Positions 52,441 through 62,072 of a DNA stretch of 64,000 nucleotides are shown here, one piece after another. The first letter of the stretch is position 1; each line of letters starts with the position of its first letter. The stretch spans positions 40,231,572-40,295,571 of the forward strand of contig CP154954.1 in NCBI GenBank assembly GCA_039621445.1, in the 5' to 3' direction. The DNA is from Euglena gracilis. Its lineage: Eukaryota. A model generated the notes under the pieces. The model ran no database searches. It was given only the letters and a program-made list of their open reading frames with translations, and had not been told where the DNA came from. A program made the position numbers and the translations under genes.

Positions 52441-52917
52441 TCACAATGGCAAAGTGCGGAGCCCGAGGTGTCACCAAGGGCGAAGCACAAAGACATTGTG
52501 AGCCCGACCCCCCCCCCACCCATATGCAAAAATTTGTCTTCAAACGCCCTCGGTCAGAAGAGGGGGCCAGGGGGGGGGGGGAGGTGGGGGGGAACCCCCC
52601 AGGGAAAAAGAAAGCGCCATGGTCGCCACGTCGGAGACAATGCAGCCAACTCCGGCGAGGCGGCACTAACCGGGACCTCCTAACCCAGCGCAGCGAACAA
52701 TCACACAACAAAGCGCCGGAGAGCAAGGCATGGCATCACAATGTCTTTGTACTTCGCCCTCGGTGTCCCTTCCTCCCCTTTCGGCTTGCCTCGAGGGAGT
52801 ACAAAGGCTTGTGCTTTGTCGGGCAGGCACCCCATAGCACCCGATCCGACCCCCCCCCCCCCCGGGGGTGTGGTCATCATCAAGGGTAAAGTGCGGAACC
52901 GAGGTGTCTGGTACGCG

Positions 52918-54315
52918 CTCGAGGCAAACCGACAAGGCAGGAAGGTGCACCGAGGGCGAAGTGTCACCCCATTTTTCTTCCATGGAATTTATTTCCTGGA
53001 GAAGCTGATTTTGGGAGAGCTGGGCTGGGGGTGATGGACATTTTTGGATTTTTTGCAACCTTTGATGGAGGTGGGTGTCTCCCTTTATTTCCTCCATTGA
53101 ATTTATTTTCTGGATAAGGTGATTTATGGGGTGGGCTGGGCTGGGGGTGTTGGACATTGCACCCCTAGGTCCCCTAGGGCTTGGGCCCTTGGGAAAATAT
53201 TTTTTTTTCTGTGGGGATGTGCATGCATTCTCTCCCTCTCTGCTCACCTCTCTGGAGGATCTGGTTTTTGGAAGACATACCATAGGGCTTAATGCCCCTG
53301 TTTGGCCTATCTGGTCTTCTCCATGTTAATGTGGTTGGTTGACATACCATAGGCGGGCCTCTGTGGGTTCCCCCCTTGATTGAATAATTGGGAATTGAGA
53401 AATAATTGTTGGAGGGGTTCCTGCCCCTCCCTCCATAAGGGCCACTGTTGGTCCCTTTTCCTCCTGGGGCTGGGTCATTGAAAGGGCCACTGTTGGTCCC
53501 TTTTTCCCCCATTTTTGGCAGACGGACTCTGTGGGTCCCTCGGGAGATTTTACCAGCAGCTTCCTTAGCTCCTTTGTGGCCACTGTGGGTCCACCCTGCT
53601 GGTCTCCAAGGTTTTCATGTATATTTTTTTCCCCCATAATCCATCTGTTTGTCTTTGTGGTGTTGACTCCTTGGCCTTGATTCCATCTCCCCCTCTTCTG
53701 GCCAATTTGTGCGACAGGCGACTGGATATGCCCCTGATGTGTGGGCTTTGATTGTCCAAATGTGTAGTAATTTGGGCCTCCATGGCCCATCCTTTGCCCA
53801 CCAAGGGCTGGGGCTGACCTCTGTCTTCTGGACCTTCTTGCCACAGTGGTCCAAGGACCGTGGCCGTCACTGGGGGCGGGGTTGGGCTGGGAAATTTTTG
53901 GGGTGGGGGTCTGGGGGGGAAAACGGCCACGGTTTGCCACGTGTCGACCGCGTCTCCAAGCTCTCCAGCTTCTGCGGACACTGCTCCAGGACGTCCGTGG
54001 CCATGCAACTCAAATTTCTTTTCCACTTCATTGCTCATTGAAGTCAACATTGAAAATTGAGTTCTCAATTGATATTCGTCTGGTTCGTGTCCTTCTGGAT
54101 ATTTTATTGAAAGCGACTTCTTTTCTCGGGTCTTCTTCGTTCGTGAACTCTCTCCTTTCTTCTGGGTGTCGAAGGGCAAGTTAGGAGTCAGCCAGCTCCG
54201 GCGAAAAAAGGCACCAAGCGGGACCTCCTAACCCAGGGCAGCTAACAATAACACAACAAAGCGCCGGCGAGCAAGGCGTGGCCTCACAATGGCAAAGTGC
54301 GGAGCCCGAGGTGTC
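52918..54315 (-). mobile_element. Internally deleted non-autonomous DIRS (family 2) retaining both termini
   Basis: Left ITR 54191-54315 starts GACACCTCGGGCTCCGCACT. The 5' ORF has DGHGPWTTV, shared with family 1. At ~52965 it joins directly to the right-ITR terminus ending CCTCGAG. Confidence 0.8.
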
Positions 54316-54510
54316 GGGTGGGATCCGGTGGCTGTTCTTGCCTGCTTGTGTGGAAAATTCATGAATAAGCCAAGCATGGGGCTCGGACTCCCACGACAGA
54401 GGAAGGGGGAGGAAGGGACCAAGAGGGCGAACACAAGAAGATGGTGAGGTCCTGCTTTCCTTGCCGGCTGTTCTGTTCTGGTGTGTTTGTGCGTGCGCGG
54501 GGGGTGCTTC

Positions 54511-55857
54511 TTACTGCGCCTTTGTTGCCGGAGTTGGCGATGATGAGGCCTCCTCCGACACCTTGGCGAAGCTGAACCGTCGTGGCCCCGCCCCCCCCCC
54601 CCCCTCCCATGGTCGCTTGGTGGGGGGCCCCCCCCTCGATGGGGATGGTTGTCTCTTTTTTGTGTGTTTCTGGGTGGGTGGTTGGGGCTGCTTGGTCGGG
54701 GGTCCCCTTTCTGGTTGGGATGTCTTTCTTTTTCTGCTGATTTTTTGGGTGGGAGGGTTGGGCTCACCATCTTCTTGTGCTTCGCCCTCTTGGTCCCTTC
54801 CTCCCCCTTCCTCTGTCGTGGGAGTCCGAGACCATTCGGGCTCCGCACTGCGAGATGGTGAGGTACTGTGCACCCCTTTTTGGGCCATAATATTTTGAAT
54901 TTTTGATACGACCCCAAGTCGCAAATAATGGGCTTGGAAGGCCCCAAAATTTTTCCACTGACCCAGCTGCTGGACTTCTTCCACTTGCAAACCAGCATTT
55001 TTCCACCATAAGACCCCAGCCCCTCTGGTGCTGTGGGGTTTCCAATGGGTGGTGTCCACCCCCCCCTCTTGCAGAATTTCTTTGGTAAGGGAATTCACCC
55101 TTTCTGATGTCAAAGGTCTTTTACCATCCAAAGACCATAACAAATTATTTTTGTGTCCAACCATGTGGGCTGTCCTTTCCACATATTCTTTCAATAAATG
55201 CCAGGGGCTGATGAGGGGGGTGTGTGGCAAATTCAAAATCTCCTCCCATCTTGGGAATTGCCACCCTTTCCTTTGTACTAAAATGAAAATTTTTTCTCCC
55301 ACGAAACTGATTTTTCGCTGTGTTCTGGCTAAATCAACCCCCCTGTGGAGGGCTAACAGCCTCCAACAGATGATGAGTCTGTTTCTGAGCTCTTTCACAG
55401 ACAGGTCGGAGAGGGGTTTGGATTTCCTGATGATGTTTTCTAAGAAATCAGTGGGGTCCCAGAAATGGGCATACTTGCAGACATTGGAATTCCACTTCCT
55501 TTTCAATGGAGACAAAAGAGGGGAAAACCTCAATGACCCAAACCCTGGGAGTAATAACACTGCTGCATATGCATTTCGTGCAGTGTTGAGGCTGTGGGCA
55601 GCCAAATCAAGGATGGCCTCGGCCATCTTGTGGACTGTGCAGTCCTGCAGGGGCACCCCTTTGTGCAACAATTGGCCCACCAATGTCCTGAAGGCTGAAT
55701 CATATCTCTTGACATTTCCCAGATTTTTTATGTAAGTGTCGATACTGGACATCGAAACTTCCTGGGATTGTAATATTTGCCTGACACAATCAAACAGGCC
55801 AATTTCCACCTTGGGGGGGGCATCTCCTCCCCCCAGCAGTTGGTGAATAGACCCCAT
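54511..55857 (-). CDS. Tyrosine recombinase of the DIRS element (probably the C-terminus of a much longer ORF)
   Basis: Catalytic pattern LHRGVDL (R), KPHSTRGAG (HxxR), GQW and AHYLR (Y). Confidence 0.93.
   Translation of the reverse strand: MGSIHQLLGGGDAPPKVEIGLFDCVRQILQSQEVSMSSIDTYIKNLGNVKRYDSAFRTLVGQLLHKGVPLQDCTVHKMAEAILDLAAHSLNTARNAYAAVLLLPGFGSLRFSPLLSPLKRKWNSNVCKYAHFWDPTDFLENIIRKSKPLSDLSVKELRNRLIICWRLLALHRGVDLARTQRKISFVGEKIFILVQRKGWQFPRWEEILNLPHTPLISPWHLLKEYVERTAHMVGHKNNLLWSLDGKRPLTSERVNSLTKEILQEGGVDTTHWKPHSTRGAGVLWWKNAGLQVEEVQQLGQWKNFGAFQAHYLRLGVVSKIQNIMAQKGVHSTSPSRSAEPEWSRTPTTEEGGGRDQEGEAQEDGEPNPPTQKISRKRKTSQPERGPPTKQPQPPTQKHTKKRQPSPSRGGPPTKRPWEGGGGAGPRRFSFAKVSEEASSSPTPATKAQ
54763..54864. 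other. DIRS internal complementary region (ICR)
   Basis: 54763-54830 is the near-exact reverse complement of 54382-54448. 54830-54864 is the reverse complement of 59044-59078. Confidence 0.95.
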
Positions 55858-58719
55858 TGGGGGGGGGTACCAACAAAACTTTGCTGCCTGGCTTTCTGAT
55901 TGCCATTAATTGGCGCCACCATGATGTTGAAGCCCAGTGGGGTACGATCAACAGACAAGTCAGGTCTGGGTTTACCATTAATCTCTGAACCCATTGGGGA
56001 ATGATGCTCCAGGGGGGGTTTGCATAAACTGGGGGGAGGCCCCTCAAATCTGCCTTCAAGGCATCCACCAGCCAAGCCCCTTGGTGGGGGTATCGACAAA
56101 CAAACTTGGGGAATTTTTTGTTGCTGGGTGTGCAAAACATGTCCACCTCTGGGGTGATGTCCTGTCTGAAAAATTTCAGTATTTGGTGAAAGATGTTTAG
56201 GTTTAGGGTATAATCCCCTGGGTCCTTTTGCCCCCTGGTCAGGGAGTCTGCCAATTGCTCTTTTGTGGGAACCCAAACCACCTGCAAATTGATTTGCTTT
56301 TCTTGGCAATGATACAGCAGGGGTTTTAAAATGGAATTTAGGTAGGGCTTTTTGCCTCCCCATTTTGTTAGATAACTTACAGCCACTTGGCTGTCCACAT
56401 GAAGCATTATGGTTTGTTTTGGTTTTGCCAGACTTTTTACTGTCTCCACTGCTGACATCAATTCTTTTTGGTTGATGTGAAGGATGTGCAGGTCCCTCCA
56501 AAAATCCTGCACTTTTTGGCCTGAGTTTTTGTCCAGCCCCCCCCACTGCCAGGTGCTGCTGTCTGAAAACAGATCCTGAGAGGCCTGGGATTGAAAGGCT
56601 CTGCCCACACCTGGCTGCAAAAACGCTTTTAACTCCACAATTTGATCTTTGACCCCCTGGGGAATGGTTAGGGTGTGGTCCCAACCCCACTTTGTGTGCA
56701 AATCCACCATTTTGCAAAGTTGATCTGTCAGAATTCTGAGAAATGGCATGGAGACTAAATAGCTTCTGACCTGCCCCACAATAGAGCTGAGTTTTCTGCA
56801 GCTCATTTTTTGTGCTGTGAGCACTTTCCCAGCTCCTTTCTTAAGGATTTTAGTTTTTCCTGTGGGATTTCCAGCTGGCCCTTTTTCAAATTGACCCACT
56901 GGCCCAAATGTTTTATCTCCTGTGTGGGTTCCAGACAGGATTTGGGGAGGTTTAATCTGAAACCTGCCAATAAAAGGTCCTGCTTTATTTCTGCCAAATG
57001 TTGGGCTGCAGTCTTTTTGCTGGGGGCTAACAGCAAAATGTCGTCTAGGTAGATGAAAACTACCTTTCCCTCCTTTCTCCACTTCCTTTCCCAGACTCTC
57101 ATGAGAGTCATAAACTTTTGTGGCAGGCTGCTGATGCCAAAACATGCAGCTTGAAACTGCCAAGTTTCCCCCCCCACTTGCATGCAGACATGTTTTTCCA
57201 GGCTGCTGTGCAGTTTTAGGTGAAAATAAGCATCTTTCAGATCTATTTTTCCACAGAACCATCCTTTTCTTAGGTATGGGAAAATGTTTCCCATGTGTTC
57301 CAGTCTGAACTTCTGGGGGGTGAAGTGGAGATTTAACTGTCGACAATCTGAGATTAATCTTTCTTTTGTCTTTTCCCCCTCTTTTTTGGAAAGGATGAAA
57401 TAAGGGACAAAATGTTTTGCCTCCTCTGGGGTGATTTGCCTGGTTGCCCCTGCACATTCGTATTCCCTCAGAATTTTTTGGGCAGTCATTATTTCTTGGG
57501 GTGTCTTGAAGGGAACTTTTAATGACATCTGAGGGGGGAGGGGGAGATCTGCCATAACCCCTTCCCTTATCAGGTTTAATACCTCTCTGCTGGCTCCTGC
57601 CTTGACCCAATGGGGGATACTGGCCTGCAGGGCCTTGTAGGGGGGCACCCCTGGGTGTAATGTATCTGGGGATTCCACAGGCCCCATCACAGGGGTCCTT
57701 CCCCTGGGCTGCCCCATCACTGGGGGCCCCTCTGGGTGCCCCATCACTGGGGCTGCAGCTGGCCCTGCCATAGGGCTTTTCAAAGACAGGCTTTCCCCCT
57801 GTTTTGGAATGATGGGGGAAGGTCTGTGGTGGGGTGGTACATATAATGCTGGGCTGATTATCTTCTGGGGGGGGCCTGCCTGAGCCAATCTTGGGCCTCC
57901 CCCCCAAGGGCTGATGTGGTCTTGATGGTTTTGGCCACCACTTGCCTTCAGGGCCCTTTGGCCTCCAGAGGCACTCAGGCCTGCTTGGCCCCCATTGGCC
58001 TTTTCTCCAGGACTTCTCTGTCCATTTGCCTCCATCTGGCTGCCAGTGGCACACAGGCCTGCTTGGCCTCCATTGGCCTTCTTTCCAGGACTTTCTCTTC
58101 TCTGTCCTTCTGGGTTCCCAGTATAGGCCACCATGGCCTGTATTTGGCATTGGCTTGCTGCTCCTGGGAGGTTTGTGTCTGAAATTGCTGGGGGGAAAGT
58201 TGGACATACCTTTCCCCAATGGGATCTCTCCAGGCTGGGGTACTGGCTGCCATAGCCTTGCCCCTGGGCCCACTGCCCTCTTGAATAATGGCTGCCATAG
58301 CCTTGATTCTGGGCCCCAGGCCCTGTTGAATGATGGCTGCCATAGCCTTGATTTTGATTTGATTCCTTTGGATTTCTGATCTCCCTTGAGAGGCTGCCAT
58401 AGCCTTTGCTTCCTCCCCTGGAAGGGGAGGAACTGAGAAAAAGGGGTGGAGTCTGTTGGACCTGTGATGGTAGTCTCCCTGTGTCTTCTCTTCCTGACCA
58501 CAGTTGTCCATGGTCCATGGCCATCATTTTGAATGGGGGAGTTTGAAATCTTTGATTTGCTGGGGGGTGGGGGGGTTGCGATGGCCACGGACTGACGTGC
58601 TGCTGCCGCCTCATCTCCTTCTGCAGCTGCTGCTGTGACTTCACCTTCCCCAGCTTCAGTTGACTTCTTGGAAGTTCTTTGCAGTTCTTCTTGAAATTCA
58701 GAGTTTCTTTGAAATTCAT
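55728..58719 (-). CDS. DIRS pol: reverse transcriptase - RNase H - N6-adenine DNA methyltransferase-like domain; two 1-nt frameshifts (~56825, ~55862)
   Basis: RT: KIDLKDAYFH, CFG, YLDD. RNase H: FSDSS, HINQKEL, VDSQVA, LADSLTR. MT: VDMFC, YANPPW, LIVPHW. The frames switch at GGGAAAG and at a C9 run. Confidence 0.93.
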
Positions 58720-59249
58720 TCTTCATGGAAGTCCTTTGTTGATGTCTGTGTTGCTGTTCTTTGAATTTCTTGTTCCAGTTGAACTTGAGGCGTTGAATTC
58801 TTCCTTCAGGAAGTTGAAGTTCCGAAGAAAGTTTGGTCCACCAGTTGGTAAAAGTATTGGTTCTCGGGAAGGTAGTACTCCTCGAAAAGCAATTCCACTT
58901 GAACTCGTGGTAGTAAAACTCTTTCTCCTTGAGGTCGAAGGGCAGAATTAGGATCAGCCAACTCCGGCAACAAAAAGCAGTAAGAAGCACCCCCCGCGCA
59001 CGCACAAACACACCAGAACAGAACAGCCGGCAAGGAAAGCAGGACCTCACCATCTCGCAGTGCGGAGCCCGAATGGTCCTCCTATCCCTCTCCACCGGAG
59101 GGGCAGGGTTGGGTAGGTCCCTTTTTTTCTTCCCATGGGTAGGAAATAATGATTTTCCTTGTCTCCCATAAAAAAAAAGACTGTTGAAGGTTTGGAAAAG
59201 AACGTGCAGGAATTGGAACTGAGAATGTTGGGTTCTGAAAACAGTGGGT

Positions 59250-59510
59250 TGAAAACCCTGATCCTTTAATAGTTTGCAGGTTTTATGATATCCGCATGTT
59301 TTTCAAACCCGAAGGCACTAATCCGGCTGCCACACTGGAATGCCCATCCACACATGAGGGCCATCTGACTGTTTCAAATGGGCCCAGGTCAGCAGGTGCA
59401 GGGGTACCCTCATTTCGGTTTTTGAAGACACAAACTCCTTCATCAGTCACCAAATCGTAGTGATAGTAGGCTGTAAAAAAGCCTCCACCCCCTCCAAATA
59501 GTTCTCTGAA
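59250..59510 (-). pseudogene. Possible Sola-type transposase C-terminal remnant
   Basis: Manual translation FRELFGGGGGFFTAYYHYDLVTDEGVCVFK...LVPSGLKNMRIS*NLQTIK resembles, from memory, the YHHFxF...PxGLxxxRxxxL pattern of Sola-like transposases. Not verified by search. Confidence 0.3.
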
Positions 59511-59756
59511 TCAGTGCCTAAACACTCCAAAGCTGAGACGGCATTGAAAACACGTTTTGCGCAGGCACGGAGCAAAGACCCGGGTCAAATCCTCTAAAGC
59601 GTTCGCGTCGCCGTCCGTTTTCAAAAACAGAGTCCAAACCCTGCTTGGGGTGAGTTGCGCCGGCAAATCGGTGGCCTCAGCGCATCGACGGCAGGGCGGC
59701 CACACAAACCGACACACAACAGAGAACGCAAAAGACTTTTCCACCAAACCTCCACG

Positions 59757-59769
59757 NNNNNNNNNNNNN
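59757..59769. other. Assembly gap (13 N)
   Basis: Run of N. Confidence 1.
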
Positions 59770-60235
59770 GGTTTAGGGTTGGGTTTTGGTTTAGGTAAAC
59801 CCTAACCCTAACCGTAACCCTTACCCAAAACCCAAAACCCTAACCGTAACCCCCCCCCCCCTAGTCGTACGACCACCCCTCATTTACGACCACCCCCCAG
59901 CCACAGGTTGCAGGTCATGGGGGTGTTATGACCACCTCCCCCGGTCACAGGTTGCAGGTTATGGGGGTGTTACGACCCCCCCCCCCCGGTCACAGGTTGC
60001 AGGAACCCGGTCGTACGACTAGGGGAGGGGGGGTAACCCTAAACCGTGACCCTAACCCTTACTCTCTAGACAACCCTCTCTGTGCCGACACCAGCCGTAT
60101 CTTCTGACCCTTTTTTTTGTGCTTTCCCTGTCCATTAGTGACCCAAAGAGGGCCAAAAATAGGGTTAGGGATAGGGTTAGGGAAAGGGTTAGGGTTATGG
60201 TCACATTGCCCTAACCCTAAACCTAACCCTAACTC
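59770..60235. repeat. Degenerate interstitial telomere-like repeats (TTAGGG / CCCTAA)
   Basis: GGTTTAGGG... followed by CCCTAACCCTAA at 59770-59850, and again TAGGGTTAGGG...CCCTAACCCTAA at 60160-60233. Confidence 0.75.
59850..60033. mobile_element. 184-bp MITE with C-rich TIRs inserted in telomere-like repeat
   Basis: TIR C12-TAGTCGTACGACC / GGTCGTACGACTAGGGGAGGGGGGG; flanked by TAA (or GTAA). Internal CACAGGTTGCAGG repeats also occur at 28600-28925. Confidence 0.8.
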
Positions 60236-61900
60236 GGTACTTGTTCGGTAAGGGACCGCCAGTGAAATTTCTCTAAGTCGGTTATCATGGGGTTAATTGA
60301 AGGAGTAGGGTTCAGACATTCATTTAGTGTGGTACACCAAGGTTGTCATTTTGTGGTTCACTGTGGACACCACAAAAATTTTTGTGGTTCACCTGTGGAC
60401 ACCAAAAATTTTTTTGTGGTTCACTTGTGGACACCAAAAAATTTTTTGTGGTTCACCTGTGGACACCAAAGTAATATTTGTGGTTCACATGTGGACACCA
60501 AAAAATTTTCCTCCGCCTGCTGACATTTGCATCATTTTCTTTCTCATCAACAGCAATGAAGCAATCTTCTTTGAACATGTTTGACTCAGGCGGCGTAAGT
60601 TGGCCAAAAATTCTGGTGCTCTAAAAACAGAACAGGAAGCGGAAAACCACTTCCAAAAAGGGTCATAGTTTTCGATTTTTTTGAAGAGGTTCTGATTTTA
60701 CCTATACAGTCGAAAACAGACCTAAGAAGGCCAATTTACTTTCGAATTCTAGTAATCAACAAAACCAATCAAGAAATACATGAACAGGAGGAACCGACAA
60801 AAACAAGCGTTGTTTCTGCTGCCGCAGGCCCCGAAGGAACGAAACAGAAAAATTAAAAAATGGAAGCGGTAAATATTGCATTCCGCTTCAAAAGCAGGAG
60901 ATGTGCAACGAAAACTGAACGCAATGAATCATACATAATGTAATGTAAAAAAATATGCATAATGTTTGCACACCAAAAAGGAAGCGTAAAACCGCTTTGA
61001 AAGAATCCGTAAAAAAAATAGTATAAATTGAAATGATCAACAATGATCACCAAACGACATTCCAATCCCAATAACAATGAAGAACGTTAACATTTATGAA
61101 ATTTATGAAGATAACAGAAACTGAACAAACTGAACAGAAATTAAATGTCACTATCCAAAGTGCATAATGCAAATACGTCAAACCACGTGGAGACAATTGC
61201 ACAATTTACGAAGGGTAGAACAGGCGAAACGATACAGACCTTCTGTTCATTTCCTCGTGCTTCACTTGTAAGGACATTTCGACATGACATTGGCGCAAAA
61301 CCTGCAAAAAAAAACAGAGCAAATATGAAGCGGTTATCTGTCGCCTGTTTCTGCTTGCATGAAGCGGAATTCCGCTTCATCGACGCCAGTACTTAACTTT
61401 TTGATGGTATCCTTGTTGGGTAAGTTGTCTATACAGCACGTCTGCTTGAGAACTGCCACGCTTCGTGGATTGAGCCGGGGCCAAGGCTCAGAATGTGGCT
61501 GAGGTGTCAATCCGCCTTTAGGTGCAAATTTTTTTTTGATCCTCAATCAATTTTTGTGGACCACAAAATTTTTTGTGGACACCACAAAAATTTTTGTGGT
61601 TCACCTGTGGACACCAAAAAATTTTTTGTGGTTCACCTGTGGACACCAAAAAAAATTTTGTGGTTCACCTGTGGACACCAGAAAAAAATTTGTGGTTCAC
61701 ACGTCTTTTGTGAACCACACTAAATGAATGTCTGGTAGGGTTAGGTGCGCACAAGGCCATTTTGCGCTACATGGCCATGTTGCGCAACATGGCCATGTAG
61801 CGCAAAATGGGCATGTGCGCACCTAACCCTACTCCTTCAATAACCCTAAAAATTCCGACTTAGAGAAATTTCACTGGCGGTCCTTTACCGAACAAGTACC
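60236..61900. mobile_element. Merlin-like MITE (relative of 4016-4231) interrupted by a nested insertion
   Basis: TIR GGTACTTGTTCGGTAAGGGACCGCCAGTGAAATTTCTCTAAGTCGG and its near-perfect inverse; perfect 8-bp TSD CCTAACTC. Confidence 0.9.
60313..61734. mobile_element. 1.42-kb non-autonomous hAT-like element nested in the MITE
   Basis: Perfect 21-bp TIR CAGACATTCATTTAGTGTGGT; perfect 8-bp TSD GTAGGGTT; ~30-bp subterminal repeats TTTTGTGGTTCACCTGTGGACACCAAAA at both ends. Confidence 0.92.
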
Positions 61901-62072
61901 CCTAACTCTGCAGACCCTGTGCCGACACCAGCCGTATCTTCTGACCCTGTTTTGTGCTTTCCCTGTCCCTCAGTGACCCAAAGTAGGCCAAAAATAGGAG
62001 TAGGCCAAAAATAGGTGTGGATCGACTAACAGACTTGATGCACTGCCGTGGATCGACTAACAGACAAGTACC

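Larger units (their letters stand above)
49655..52795 (+). mobile_element. 5'-truncated, frameshifted DIRS retrotransposon (family 2)
   Basis: RT (KIDMKDAYFHIP, CLDD), RNase H (SVDNQV, LADPISR), methyltransferase (DLFAS, YANPP), recombinase (LYRSS, HSTRGAG, GRW). ICR ~52438-52503; right ITR ~52644-52795. Confidence 0.9.
54382..59078 (-). mobile_element. Full-length DIRS-type tyrosine-recombinase retrotransposon (family 1), 4.7 kb
   Basis: Left ITR 58957-59078, right ITR 54382-54538, and ICR 54763-54864 complementary to both outer termini. RT, RNase H, MT and YR motifs are all present. Confidence 0.96.

Noticed and set aside
54382-59078. Retron, DGR, phage integrase island or LTR element
   Set aside because: ITR plus ICR architecture and RT-RNaseH-MT plus YR content fit DIRS. 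There is no protease, DDE integrase, direct LTR or template/variable repeat pair.
55790-59095. 1101-aa ORF as a single real protein
   Set aside because: It is a chimera of the recombinase-frame N-terminus and the pol RNase H/MT region, created by the frameshift at ~56825.
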